DNA of 63,188 bases, the filler included, from Stramenopiles sp. TOSAG23-2 (lineage: Eukaryota): the NCBI GenBank assembly GCA_900128395.1. It is 17 parts of 17 records of this genome, joined end to end, with 100 filler letters (N's around TTAATTAATTAA, not from the genome) between each part and the next. Parts side by side here need not be neighbours in the genome. Positions count along the whole stretch, not along the records: positions 44,801 to 48,405 come from LT651152.1; positions 48,506 to 52,107 come from LT651153.1; positions 52,208 to 55,807 come from LT651154.1; positions 55,908 to 59,498 come from LT651155.1; 13 more parts are not named here. The stretch is one strand, 5' to 3'. Under the pieces are notes generated by a model, which was not told the DNA's origin, did no database searches, and worked only from the letters and a program-made list of their open reading frames with translations. Position numbers and translations under genes: made by a program. Positions 45,501 to 55,984 of this stretch are shown here, piece after piece; within the stretch, counting starts at the first letter, position 1; every line of letters begins with the position of its first letter.

Positions 45501-48164
45501 TTATTTATTATTGATATCAGCATCTTTTTTCTTTGCATCTTCCAGTTTTTGTTTCGGAATAGATGCACCACCACCGGTCAAGCTATCTAGCTCAGCTCGT
45601 AGTTGTACAATTTCTGCTGTTGCTGCCTCTTCTGCTTCATCATCGTCATCATCAAAAGCTTGCTCTTGCTTTGCTTCTGCATCAGCAATTTTAGCTTTCA
45701 ATTCATCAATCTGTGCTTGGTCGACTTTTGGTTTTGCCTTTTCCTTCAGTTCTTTTTCAAATTCTTTCAATGCCTTTTTGCACGATTTTGCTATTGCTCT
45801 TGCAGCATCTATTTGTATCCTATCACCTGTTGCATTTGCTTCCTTTACCTCACCTTTGGCGACTTTTAACTCCTCCTTTAATTTTGCTAACTTTTCTTCG
45901 TCTGTCAATATCGGTTCCACAATTTTGGGAACAAAATTCAAGTCAACAGCTTGCATTTCTCCGGATTCTAATTTCGCTAAATCGTTTTTATAAATTATAG
46001 GTAAGAATTGATGGCCAATCGATTCACATTTGTTATAAGCTTCTTTAAATTTTTTTAGATCACCCTTCCATTTTGCTATTTCCATTTCAAGCATCAAAAT
46101 ATCTAATGGCAAACAACCTAATTCAGTTGCATAAGTAAGGGCTTCTTCCAATTTTTTAAATGTATCAGCAAATGATCGATCTTTGAGTGCAAATGTCATA
46201 CGCGCTGCATGAGCCACACCAGAGCATCGAAAAGTACCAGGAATGACATTTCCAAACCTTTCTATCATCATGCGCATAAATTTTACTGCCCTTTCATATT
46301 CTGTAATGTCATCTCCATTCTCTAATTTATGTTCATACAACGTTAAAATAGGATAAGTACTGAATGATATATAGACATCAACATGAGGACTCCCAGGAAA
46401 AATAAGAAATTTAGCAAATTGGGGATTTAAAGTCTCAGCTAAGAGTGACTCGGCCCCCTCCCAATCTCCCTCCTGAACAGCCAAACAAGCCATCACACGT
46501 TTTGAGAAAATTCCTGGAGCTGGTAAAGGGAATTCGGATGTCGCGCTTGGAAATCGTTTATTTAAAGACCACAATTTGCTAAAAAGTTCTCGAATAGCAT
46601 CAGTATCCCATACTGCCAATTTCATAAACATATCAGCAAAGTAGGACCAATGATACGTCATGGCCTTTTGTTCATCAAGAGCTTCACTATCTACTTTAAG
46701 ATTTCTCATTCGTGTTAAGTAATGTTCAGCAAGTTTTAAGTTACCAAGAGAATAAATTCCCAGTGCAAGGTTAAAGAACCCAAATAATTGAATGATTGCA
46801 TATTTAATATTACCCTCGTTGAATGAAAGCAATTGTTCCAAAACTTTGTTGTTTTTTGGAACCATTTCAGGTGATATTCCAACATACCAATTATAAGCGC
46901 GGGATATTATGCTAACACGTCGTTGAGGAGAAACACGTTCATTGTTTCCAAGAATTACTACTCGACGATATATACGACGACATGCTTCAGGATTATTCAT
47001 TGCAAGGTGGTTAAAATTTTGTGTCGGCCAATATGCATGTACCTGCGCCCAACACTCAATGTTGTTCTGTTTATATGATTGCAATAATGCATAATAAGTA
47101 TAAAAATCACTGGCATTCCTCATGCCAGCTTCGTCTAGTTGATAATCTTTTACTATGTATGGTCTCAAAACAATAGCTTCAAATCCCGTAATTATTAAAG
47201 ATGCTATTATCAAACGAGCTTTATCCATTTCAGAAAATGCCATATCTTCATTTTTATGTGGTATATCATCTAATTCTCCATATTCTCGATTCATCCTATC
47301 AATCGTCAGCTGTGTGCGAACTTTTGGTATGAATTCATCATCGTTTAAAGCTTTCATGGCTTTGTAGATTAGATGCATTGACGTCCGAAAGTCACCTATA
47401 TCACCACGAACTTGCCCCAGTAAGGCTAACCAATATGGTAACTTTGGAGAATCTTTTCCATACGCAATAGCTTGCCCCAACGAGTTAACACATTCCTTGA
47501 ATGCTCCAATTTCATACGACTTTTCCGCAGCACTTTGTAATAAATCGCAACCACGGCTAACGTCACCGCTTCTCAACCAATGATATGCTAATACATCTAA
47601 TTCATATTTAAATGTTGCACTTTCATATTCCTTTGCAATTGCCATATGAACATCTCGCTTTTGAGAGTCAAGCATTAAACTATATGCACTTTCAGTTATG
47701 ATTTGATGAGTAAATTTCATCATTTGACTAACAGATTCACCAGTAACGGGTACGACTAAGCTTCGTGCAGCTAGAGCCTCCAAAGTTTTTTCCAAATGCA
47801 AGGGATCTCGAGACGACAGAAAATTCGGGGCTATCTTTTCCAAACTCTCTTGCCGAAATTCAAATCCAAAACAAGAACAAATTTTTATCAATACCTTTGA
47901 TTGTTCATCTAAACTATCTATGCGCTCCATTACAGTATCCATAATGGAATTAGGAAATTTGATATCTTCGATGTTGCCATTGAAAAAAATACCCCCATCA
48001 TCATTTTTTTTGACTAAGTCACGTTCTTTTAACCAATTAGCCATAGATGATAAATACATAGGAATGCCTCCAGCTTTCTGGTCCATTAACTTTACGAAAT
48101 CATCACTTACTGCTGTAGCCGTGACATCCAGCGTTTTAGCTATTAAAACAAGCAGATGCAGAGG
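45501..48164 (-). CDS. C-terminal part of a soluble-adenylyl-cyclase-type STAND NTPase (GxP, winged helix, TPR-like superhelix, coiled coil); P-loop absent
   Basis: KAGGIPMYL, FPNSIMDTVMERIDSL, KICSCFGFEF, FTHQIITESAYSLM..QKRDVH and LAYHW. Frame open to a TAG at 48165-48167. Confidence 0.75.
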   Translation of the reverse strand, partial: PLHLLVLIAKTLDVTATAVSDDFVKLMDQKAGGIPMYLSSMANWLKERDLVKKNDDGGIFFNGNIEDIKFPNSIMDTVMERIDSLDEQSKVLIKICSCFGFEFRQESLEKIAPNFLSSRDPLHLEKTLEALAARSLVVPVTGESVSQMMKFTHQIITESAYSLMLDSQKRDVHMAIAKEYESATFKYELDVLAYHWLRSGDVSRGCDLLQSAAEKSYEIGAFKECVNSLGQAIAYGKDSPKLPYWLALLGQVRGDIGDFRTSMHLIYKAMKALNDDEFIPKVRTQLTIDRMNREYGELDDIPHKNEDMAFSEMDKARLIIASLIITGFEAIVLRPYIVKDYQLDEAGMRNASDFYTYYALLQSYKQNNIECWAQVHAYWPTQNFNHLAMNNPEACRRIYRRVVILGNNERVSPQRRVSIISRAYNWYVGISPEMVPKNNKVLEQLLSFNEGNIKYAIIQLFGFFNLALGIYSLGNLKLAEHYLTRMRNLKVDSEALDEQKAMTYHWSYFADMFMKLAVWDTDAIRELFSKLWSLNKRFPSATSEFPLPAPGIFSKRVMACLAVQEGDWEGAESLLAETLNPQFAKFLIFPGSPHVDVYISFSTYPILTLYEHKLENGDDITEYERAVKFMRMMIERFGNVIPGTFRCSGVAHAARMTFALKDRSFADTFKKLEEALTYATELGCLPLDILMLEMEIAKWKGDLKKFKEAYNKCESIGHQFLPIIYKNDLAKLESGEMQAVDLNFVPKIVEPILTDEEKLAKLKEELKVAKGEVKEANATGDRIQIDAARAIAKSCKKALKEFEKELKEKAKPKVDQAQIDELKAKIADAEAKQEQAFDDDDDEAEEAATAEIVQLRAELDSLTGGGASIPKQKLEDAKKKDADINNK

Positions 48165-48698
48165 CTAACCATCATCAATATTATTAAAAAGGGGTGGTGT
48201 GTAGGTGGGTGTGGTGGAGTGTTCTCGTAAAAAGATTTTTTTACAGGGAGAAAAGAGGGGGGGGCATAGTTCGTACAATGATACGAGTTCGTACATGATA
48301 CGAGTTCATGTATATATTTTATATAAAATTATTATATAAAGTCAATGTCCCGCGTATATTTGAACTTTTACTTCCAATTCCTAGTTGTTGTCAAAAAATG
48401 TTCCGNNNNNNNNNNNNNNNNNNNNNNNNNNNNNNNNNNNNNNNNNNNNTTAATTAATTAANNNNNNNNNNNNNNNNNNNNNNNNNNNNNNNNNNNNNNN
48501 NNNNNTTATAACTTAGATTTTAACCGTCATTTTATATATATGATATTTCATTTTAAAATATAATATACGAAGCTTCGTATATACGTAAAAAAAATAGAAA
48601 AAAATAATAAAAAAATTTAAATTTTCAACTCCTCTCCCCTTTTGTTCCTTCCTTGCTGTGGGCTTGCTTCTTTTGATACTCGTAAAAATAATCTATTT

Positions 48699-51191
48699 TT
48701 ATAGTTCACAATCACCACCATCGTATTCGCAATTTTCAACATTACAGCCCCCATGTTTTGCCTTTTCGCCATCTACTGGGAACCGTTTCAATTTTTGGAA
48801 ATAAAAACTCATATCGTTGTCGCTGCAAACTCCATTTTTTTTCCATTTTTCGGTGCAGTCAGTTGCACATTGCTGTTTACATAAGTCGGTACCCTTTAAA
48901 TTCTCTGGAAAGGTGTAAGCAGTATCGCAAATGGGATTGCCAGCTATATGAAAATATTTCACAGCTTTTTTTTCACCTATTGAAGGTGGCAAAGTGAATA
49001 TTTTGTTGTTACGAAAATCCATCGTCGTCAATGATATCATTTCATTAAACACATCAGGCAATTTTACCAAACTATTGTTCCATATCATAATATATTTTAA
49101 TCTTGAAAGCTTACCAAATGAATCTGGTAACGCCGAAATGTTATTATTTTGTATGTACAATGCACTTAAACGAAAACAGTTCCCTAGATCTTTCGGTAGC
49201 TGGTCTATATTGTTATTAAATGCCCATAATTGTCTCAGGTTAGAAATTTTCGATAACGAATCTGGTAATTTTTTTAACTTATTGTGTTGCACAAACAATC
49301 TTCCCAAATAATGTAAATCTCCAATACTGTCAGGTAATGAAAGCAACTGATTATTGAATAAATGCAGAAATTCAAGCGATTTAAGCTTTCCAATATCAGC
49401 AGGTAGCTGAGTTAACTTATTATCAAACAAATACAATTCAAGTAAATTTGGCAACGAAACGATGGTACTTGGTAGGGTAGATAAATTTGTTTTAACGACA
49501 CCTAAAGACATAAGTTTTTGATGATCCACATCAATTGTTTCTGATAAATTCGTCAATCTGCCTTTATAAATGTACAATCTAAGCAATGAACCCATTTGTC
49601 CAAAGGAATCAGGGAGTTTTGTTTGCGAATATTTACTTAGTGACATAATAGCACAATCGCATTTTGCTACCCATGGATTTTTACAAAATGGCACCTTCGT
49701 TATGCATCCATCCCAAACTTCCTTTGTATATATTTCACTGCATGTAGCATCTGCTGGCTGTGTTGCAAGATGAACTGTTATTGTTACAAGAAAAAATGCA
49801 AAATAAAACGCATTTATGAATGTAAAAACAATCCTAAAATTTTTTGGAAAATATTTCAATTGTGCTTCCATTTGTTCTTTGCTTGCTGTTAGATTCAATA
49901 TACTGTTTCTACGTCTTCCAGATTTCCTTGTTGTATCTGTCAGGTTTTTACCTTTAATTCTTTCTAAATCAATTTCAAAAATATCATCCCAGATGTCATT
50001 TATTTTCGATAACAAGAAACAAGTTGGTGGCGAGACCAAATAAACAACTTCACTCACTTCTAAAGGTACACGTGCTCCGTAATACATGTAAGCCAATGGG
50101 AATATTAAACAGAATAAGTCTGTAATGACATCTACCATCAATTGCCTATTTCGAACTATTTGAGAATTAATATGAAATGTAGACCATACCGCATATGCAA
50201 TTTCTAACATAAGAACTATTGCAACGAGAGTACTCAAATAAACGGGCATTTTGCAAACATAAATGTAAAAATAATTTCTAAGAGCTAAGCCATTTTCAAA
50301 GCATTCAGATATATACATTTTCATAAGATAATATTTACCATTAATATCAAAGAAACTACTATGATGCGCTTTTGCTTTTTTTCGCAAGTCTCGCAGGCTC
50401 TGAAATCTAGATTTGTTCTTGACTTCTTCGTCTTCAGTTTCGTTATCGTCTTTCGCATCAGCCTTTCCTTCCTCTTTAGCGCCAGCAATACTAGACTTAC
50501 ACTGTTTACCAATAAATTTTAGAGCAAGTAACCAGCATAATACTGCCAATATAAAAAAATAAATTACATAGTCCCTATCCCAGTGAACAAAATTAAATGA
50601 ATACGCTGCAAAAAGCAAAAACATCAAAGCAAATCCCATGCCAATTACAAGTAATACTAACAAAGTTCGATCTTTTTCACATAAAATACAAAATCTTCTT
50701 CCGATAGAAATTTGAAATTTTACACTATTATATACTACACTTATCCGCTGTTGAACTGTATGTGCCCGGCGAGTCCTTCCTTCGTTTGACTTTCCGCGTG
50801 AGCGCCCCCTGCTTCGAGTCCTACTTCGAGTCTTAGGCATTAGCTCTTTTTCATCGTTTCGTTCCTTCGTAATTTCCAATGGTTCCCTAGTTAATATTTT
50901 TACATCCTTTGCTGTTGCAATATTCAAATTATTCTCGTTAATTTCATCATCAATATCCATTTTTTTCTCTTCTTTTTTCTTTACATCATCATCTTCCGGT
51001 TCTTTTTTCTCCGTCTTTTTCCCGTTAATGTCATCATCAACATTCATTTTTTTCTCTTCTTTCTTCTTTACCTCATCATCTTTCACTTCTTTTTTCTTTA
51101 CATCGTCATCATCATCTTTTGGTACCTTTTTCTCCGTCTTTTTTTTTTTCACGTTCATATTCTTTACCACTAGTTGTTTCTCCTTCTCCAT
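48699..51191 (-). CDS. Multi-pass membrane protein with ~10 leucine-rich repeats and a C-terminal LNR (Lin-12/Notch)-like repeat
   Basis: ATG at 51191; K/E/D low-complexity N-terminus; several hydrophobic helices; LxxLxLxxNxLxxLPxxIGxL repeats; terminal C..KW..NGVC...CNVENCEYDGGDC. Confidence 0.85.
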   Translation of the reverse strand: MEKEKQLVVKNMNVKKKKTEKKVPKDDDDDVKKKEVKDDEVKKKEEKKMNVDDDINGKKTEKKEPEDDDVKKKEEKKMDIDDEINENNLNIATAKDVKILTREPLEITKERNDEKELMPKTRSRTRSRGRSRGKSNEGRTRRAHTVQQRISVVYNSVKFQISIGRRFCILCEKDRTLLVLLVIGMGFALMFLLFAAYSFNFVHWDRDYVIYFFILAVLCWLLALKFIGKQCKSSIAGAKEEGKADAKDDNETEDEEVKNKSRFQSLRDLRKKAKAHHSSFFDINGKYYLMKMYISECFENGLALRNYFYIYVCKMPVYLSTLVAIVLMLEIAYAVWSTFHINSQIVRNRQLMVDVITDLFCLIFPLAYMYYGARVPLEVSEVVYLVSPPTCFLLSKINDIWDDIFEIDLERIKGKNLTDTTRKSGRRRNSILNLTASKEQMEAQLKYFPKNFRIVFTFINAFYFAFFLVTITVHLATQPADATCSEIYTKEVWDGCITKVPFCKNPWVAKCDCAIMSLSKYSQTKLPDSFGQMGSLLRLYIYKGRLTNLSETIDVDHQKLMSLGVVKTNLSTLPSTIVSLPNLLELYLFDNKLTQLPADIGKLKSLEFLHLFNNQLLSLPDSIGDLHYLGRLFVQHNKLKKLPDSLSKISNLRQLWAFNNNIDQLPKDLGNCFRLSALYIQNNNISALPDSFGKLSRLKYIMIWNNSLVKLPDVFNEMISLTTMDFRNNKIFTLPPSIGEKKAVKYFHIAGNPICDTAYTFPENLKGTDLCKQQCATDCTEKWKKNGVCSDNDMSFYFQKLKRFPVDGEKAKHGGCNVENCEYDGGDCEL

Positions 51192-51584
51192 CGTTTGCAC
51201 ACTTTTTTTCCAAATTCAATACTTTTCCTATGTGGTAATTGATCAAAATTCACATCATCACCATCACATTCCAACTCCCTTTCTTATTATTTATTTTTTT
51301 ACAAAACCATATGGCTTAAACTTTTTTAACAACTTTTTTTTTTCTTCCAAAGTTCAAAGTCCAAAATATTTTGATTTTTGGTATTCTGGTATTCTAATTT
51401 CCCTTTCAAGTATATATTAAATTATTGGTTCATAGAAGCAGCTTCAAGAATGAAAAAAAAATCAGAAAAATCTAAAAAAATCTTCTAAAAAAATCATCAC
51501 AGCGAAATTTTATTTATATTACTATACCTGTTATACTACCTGTTATACTACCGTAGGATTTGCACAATCATCGGGGGGAAATCT

Positions 51585-51767
51585 GGAAATCCAGGGAATG
51601 TTAACTTGTGCAAACTGGCAAAATTGGCATAATCCAGAAATCTAATTTCACAATAAAACAGATGTTGAGTATTATATATTAAGGAAATCCAGGGAATGTT
51701 AACTGTGCAAACTGGCAAAATTGGCAAATCCAGCAATCTAATTTCACAGTAAAACAGATGTTGAGTA
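51585..51767. repeat. Diverged ~85-bp direct repeat (98-bp period) upstream of the TM-LRR gene
   Basis: GGAAATCCAGGGAATGTTAAC...ACAGATGTTGAGTA at 51585 and 51683 with several mismatches and indels. Confidence 0.85.
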
Positions 51768-52207
51768 CTACAGTACATTTTTCGATATTCTAATTTCCCC
51801 TTTCCAGGCTTTCCACAAGTGTAAATTATCTGGGTCATTTTCATGAATTTAATTTGATATAGTTGGAAATCTCGTAATAAAAAATCAAATTTTTTGTTGT
51901 TGCCTTTGGTGCTTTTTTGTTGGTAAAATTGTTGTTGGAAATTGAGATATAAAAAAGATATGGAAGAGAGTATACATAGTTATAAATGTCCTCGTCGCGT
52001 CTATAGTGAAGATAGAAAGTTTGATTTTGTAAAATAATAATTGTTGTTGGGGTTTTTTTCTTCTTTTGTTTAGATAATCATCATCCCATATTATAATAAG
52101 CATCAATNNNNNNNNNNNNNNNNNNNNNNNNNNNNNNNNNNNNNNNNNNNNTTAATTAATTAANNNNNNNNNNNNNNNNNNNNNNNNNNNNNNNNNNNNN
52201 NNNNNNN

Positions 52208-52262
52208 GCGTGAAAAGTTGGAAAAATTAGTACAATCGGAAATTGAAGCACGATTACGATCA
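52208..52262 (+). other. 55-bp inverted copy of kinesin sequence at contig start (assembly or amplification chimera)
   Basis: Exact reverse complement of 53145-53199, exactly 55 bp long, located at the contig terminus. Confidence 0.85.
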
Positions 52263-52400
52263 AGTATGCATCGTAAAATATATTCATTTCTTTTCAATAT
52301 TGAAAATTCCATGGCAGATAGAGAAGTAGAAATAATGAAAATAAGGAAAGGAATGAATGAGGATTCGAAAGATCAATTAATGGCATTAGCAGTTGCATAG
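52263..52400 (+). CDS. C-terminal fragment of an unknown gene convergent with the kinesin
   Basis: SMHRKIYSFLFNIENSMADREVEIMKIRKGMNEDSKDQLMALAVA* follows the chimeric 55-mer. Confidence 0.45.
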   Translation, partial: SMHRKIYSFLFNIENSMADREVEIMKIRKGMNEDSKDQLMALAVA

Positions 52401-52610
52401 TTGTTATACATTTTTTAAAAAATAAAAAAATATGATATGATAATATTATTTGCATTTCGCCGTGTTATGTATTGCATAACAATAGTTTTCGGTACTACTG
52501 AAAAATACGCTCGTAATAGTTTTTAATAAATTCTCAAAACTTAAACTCGTACCTCTAAGACACACATACAATTATGTACACACACACATATATAAACAAA
52601 ATATTTAATT

Positions 52611-55600
52611 TTACTCAGATGCATTTCTTAATGCTGTGATAGCAGCATTCACTAATCGTTGCAAAGCTTGTACTTCTCGACTTAATTGTTTCGCAGGCGC
52701 AGTTGGTTCTCTTGATGAGATAACAGAATTGCGCAAACCATCATCAATTACAGCTTTTGTTGCAATTGCTATGTTATCTGCCAATGCTTTGATCTTATTT
52801 TCCATAATTGTTTGTATAGCTTTTCTTTCTTTTCTATATGTATCCATTTGTGCATTCATGGCGGCTATATTTGAATTATTTGAATTATTCTCTGACCTAT
52901 TATTACCACTCTGTTTTAATCGTCTCAAGTCGTTATTTTCAGCTTCTAAACGTTGAATTTGTTCATTTTGCCTTTCATATTTTGCATTCATATCTAATCG
53001 AAAAGATGCATGTTGTTGACTTAGTGCTTGTATTCTTGCATGCATATTAGCACTCTTGCTTGGACTATTCTTATTGTTGTTGTTGTTGTTGCTATTTTGA
53101 TTACTACCTGATGAATTATTATTATTATTATTTTGCTGCTTCTGTGATCGTAATCGTGCTTCAATTTCCGATTGTACTAATTTTTCCAACTTTTCACGCA
53201 ATAAATATTCCACAGATACTTTTTCAGCTTGAACCTCTTCCAATTCTAGTGCTAATTTCTTTTGCTCTGTATTTTGAATTTCAATAATTCTAGTCAATTC
53301 TTTAATCTTTTCATCTGCAGATAATAGTAAACGACTACTTGAACCACTTTCTTCATTATCATTGTCACCAACAAATACTACAGCATCATGATATGGCTCA
53401 TATTGTTTATGTTTTAACAATTGTGATGGTGGTATACGCTGACCCCTTTGATCTACGTATTTTCTTTCGGGGGAAGATGTGTTGGATGAAGTACCTTTCT
53501 GTAGTTGTAAATTGGATGCAGCTTTGCCATTTTTCAATGGCGTTTCCATACTGTTTCCTACCACTTTGCTGCCACCACCGCCACCATTAGGCGGTCTGCT
53601 TAGCTGCACAACACCATCTTCATTATCATCTTGGTTCGACCAGTTACCAAGTGCTTCGTTTAATTCCTCATTCTTAATAGGACTATTTGCATTATGTTCC
53701 ATAGTGACACGTTGCAAATGTATCAACTCCGCAGTTTTCTCATCTAGCTTTTCTTCCAATTCCTTTTGGTGACGATCGTATGCATCTAATTCATCTTGCA
53801 ATGCCATAATTTGCTCATCCCTTTCATTCAAACGTTGTGTCAACGCTATCATAATATCCCGCTGTTTCAATAATAATTGCTTATATCTATCCACCTGTGC
53901 TTTCTCCTCCTCTATCGTCTCCCGTTCTTGCTCTAACTCTGCCAATCTCTTTTCATACTGACCACGAATACGATCTCGTTGTTCCTTTAATGCTACACGA
54001 AAAGCTGGAGTGTTTTCCAGATCTTTTCCAGGTTTCAACATCTGATCTTCCAACTCATAAATTCGTGCCTCCAATCGTTTCTTTTGCTCTTTTTCTCGCA
54101 TGAATTCCATGGAACGTTTCTCAAGCGCACGTATTGCAGCCATTTTATCTTGTTCCGCCCTTCTCCTTTGCTCATCCAACTCCAATAAACGACGCTTATC
54201 CACTACGTTCCTTGAACGATTGTTCAGTTCTGCCCTTAATTTCTTCAACTCTCGTTCATATTTACGTAGCAAACTTCGTTGATCAATATCTTCATTGATC
54301 ACAGCAACATTTTTAATATTTTTCGCCCTATTTGCAAATTTCAGCGTTGAAATGGATTCCGACATTGCTTCCATTGCAGGGCTTACCATTGCCATCATCG
54401 TCGTTTTACAATTGCCACCTAATGAATCTTCTAATATTCGTGTTAATTTACTATCACGATATGGTATATGTTGCCTACCTTTACGATCAGTCAATGCAGC
54501 AATCACATTTCCCAATGCTGCTAATGATTGATTGATTTTTTTACTTTCTTCTAAGCGTTGTCCTGTCGCTCCGCTCAAACGCACTCGTTCAGAACCTGCT
54601 AAATCCACGAGATTCAATTTACCAACTTTGAAACTTTGTCGAACATTTGATTCCAACGCTGCTAGATCAGCTTGTGTCTTACTATTTTTAACTAGTTCGT
54701 GAAATTTCTCTGGTGCTAATTCCGCCCCGTTGGAGTCGACATATGTCGTTTCACTTTGCTCTGCAATTATAATAAATACAGCATGGGAGCGTGAGGAAAT
54801 TTCATTCATTTTCGTTGAACCAGTTGCACGTACGGAACCACCTCGTTGCATTAACATATAAATTTCTTGCGGTGTACGTACAACCCATTCCGATAACCCT
54901 TCGACAAATACACCACGATTCTTATCCTCCCGAATAGCTAAACTGCTACGTTCCGGCTTTAACAAATCACTAATGTTTTCATTGTATATTTGTAAATACG
55001 ATGCACGTACTAAAAAACGCATTCGTGGGGAAACTGAGGTTGATATGTATGAAAATATTTGTTCAATTGATCGTGGTATAATACCTCTTAAATCATGTTG
55101 CTTCTCATGGAAACCTTCCATTGTATACGTTTTTCCAGTACCAGTTTGACCATATGCAAATATAGTTGCATTGTAACCTTCCAAAGCAGAATCAACTACA
55201 GCTTTTGCGGTATTGTTATAAACATTTTCCTGAGTAGCATTTTGATCATACACGTGATCAAACGTAAAGCGATGGGTAGAATATGGCCCATATTTATATA
55301 AATACCCTTCATCATCAACATTGTCTGGGTTTTCACTAATAGTTATCGTACGTGCAGCCGGTTCAACTGCAATGACGTTTTGGAAGGGCGCGTTTTCACC
55401 ATTTAATTCACGTGGCAAAGGTGGACGAACACGTATAACAACTTTGAAATTATTATTACTCCTACTATTATTACCTAAAGATGAAAGGTCGTCATTTCCA
55501 CCACCACCACGTATATTACTATCCCTACTATTACTACCACCACCTCTACTGCTAGATTTACGTTGTCTTCTGCCACCAGGAGAAGGCATTGGTCCTCGCC

Positions 55601-55736
55601 TGGAAGATGGACCTTTTTGGCTATTTTGTTGTTGTTGTTGCTGTTGTTTTTGCTGCCATTGCAAACGTACATCATCCGCTGATACTCTTGGCATGTTCAT
55701 ATTACCAATATTCATATTTCTACTATTATATGACAT
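52611..55736 (-). CDS. N-type kinesin motor with long coiled-coil stalk (subfamily not assigned)
   Basis: VVIRVRP, FTFDHVY, P-loop AYGQTGTGKT, switch I NEISSRSH, switch II LVDLAGSE, HIPYRDSKLT and STLKFANRAK. Confidence 0.96.
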   Translation of the reverse strand: MSYNSRNMNIGNMNMPRVSADDVRLQWQQKQQQQQQQNSQKGPSSRRGPMPSPGGRRQRKSSSRGGGSNSRDSNIRGGGGNDDLSSLGNNSRSNNNFKVVIRVRPPLPRELNGENAPFQNVIAVEPAARTITISENPDNVDDEGYLYKYGPYSTHRFTFDHVYDQNATQENVYNNTAKAVVDSALEGYNATIFAYGQTGTGKTYTMEGFHEKQHDLRGIIPRSIEQIFSYISTSVSPRMRFLVRASYLQIYNENISDLLKPERSSLAIREDKNRGVFVEGLSEWVVRTPQEIYMLMQRGGSVRATGSTKMNEISSRSHAVFIIIAEQSETTYVDSNGAELAPEKFHELVKNSKTQADLAALESNVRQSFKVGKLNLVDLAGSERVRLSGATGQRLEESKKINQSLAALGNVIAALTDRKGRQHIPYRDSKLTRILEDSLGGNCKTTMMAMVSPAMEAMSESISTLKFANRAKNIKNVAVINEDIDQRSLLRKYERELKKLRAELNNRSRNVVDKRRLLELDEQRRRAEQDKMAAIRALEKRSMEFMREKEQKKRLEARIYELEDQMLKPGKDLENTPAFRVALKEQRDRIRGQYEKRLAELEQERETIEEEKAQVDRYKQLLLKQRDIMIALTQRLNERDEQIMALQDELDAYDRHQKELEEKLDEKTAELIHLQRVTMEHNANSPIKNEELNEALGNWSNQDDNEDGVVQLSRPPNGGGGGSKVVGNSMETPLKNGKAASNLQLQKGTSSNTSSPERKYVDQRGQRIPPSQLLKHKQYEPYHDAVVFVGDNDNEESGSSSRLLLSADEKIKELTRIIEIQNTEQKKLALELEEVQAEKVSVEYLLREKLEKLVQSEIEARLRSQKQQNNNNNNSSGSNQNSNNNNNNKNSPSKSANMHARIQALSQQHASFRLDMNAKYERQNEQIQRLEAENNDLRRLKQSGNNRSENNSNNSNIAAMNAQMDTYRKERKAIQTIMENKIKALADNIAIATKAVIDDGLRNSVISSREPTAPAKQLSREVQALQRLVNAAITALRNASE

Positions 55737-55909
55737 GGTTGATTATTTTTTTCAAAAATTGTTTATATATAAATATACAAACACACACACACACACACAG
55801 GAATACANNNNNNNNNNNNNNNNNNNNNNNNNNNNNNNNNNNNNNNNNNNNTTAATTAATTAANNNNNNNNNNNNNNNNNNNNNNNNNNNNNNNNNNNNN
55901 NNNNNNNAA

Positions 55910-55984
55910 GCTGGGCAAACAACCGTAGATGCACGTAGTGAAGCAGAGAAGAAAAGGGACCTGACACCAGATGAACAAAAATAA
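55910..55984 (+). CDS. C-terminal fragment of a gene at contig edge
   Basis: AGQTTVDARSEAEKKRDLTPDEQK* followed by an AT-rich 3' flank. Confidence 0.35.
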   Translation, partial: AGQTTVDARSEAEKKRDLTPDEQK

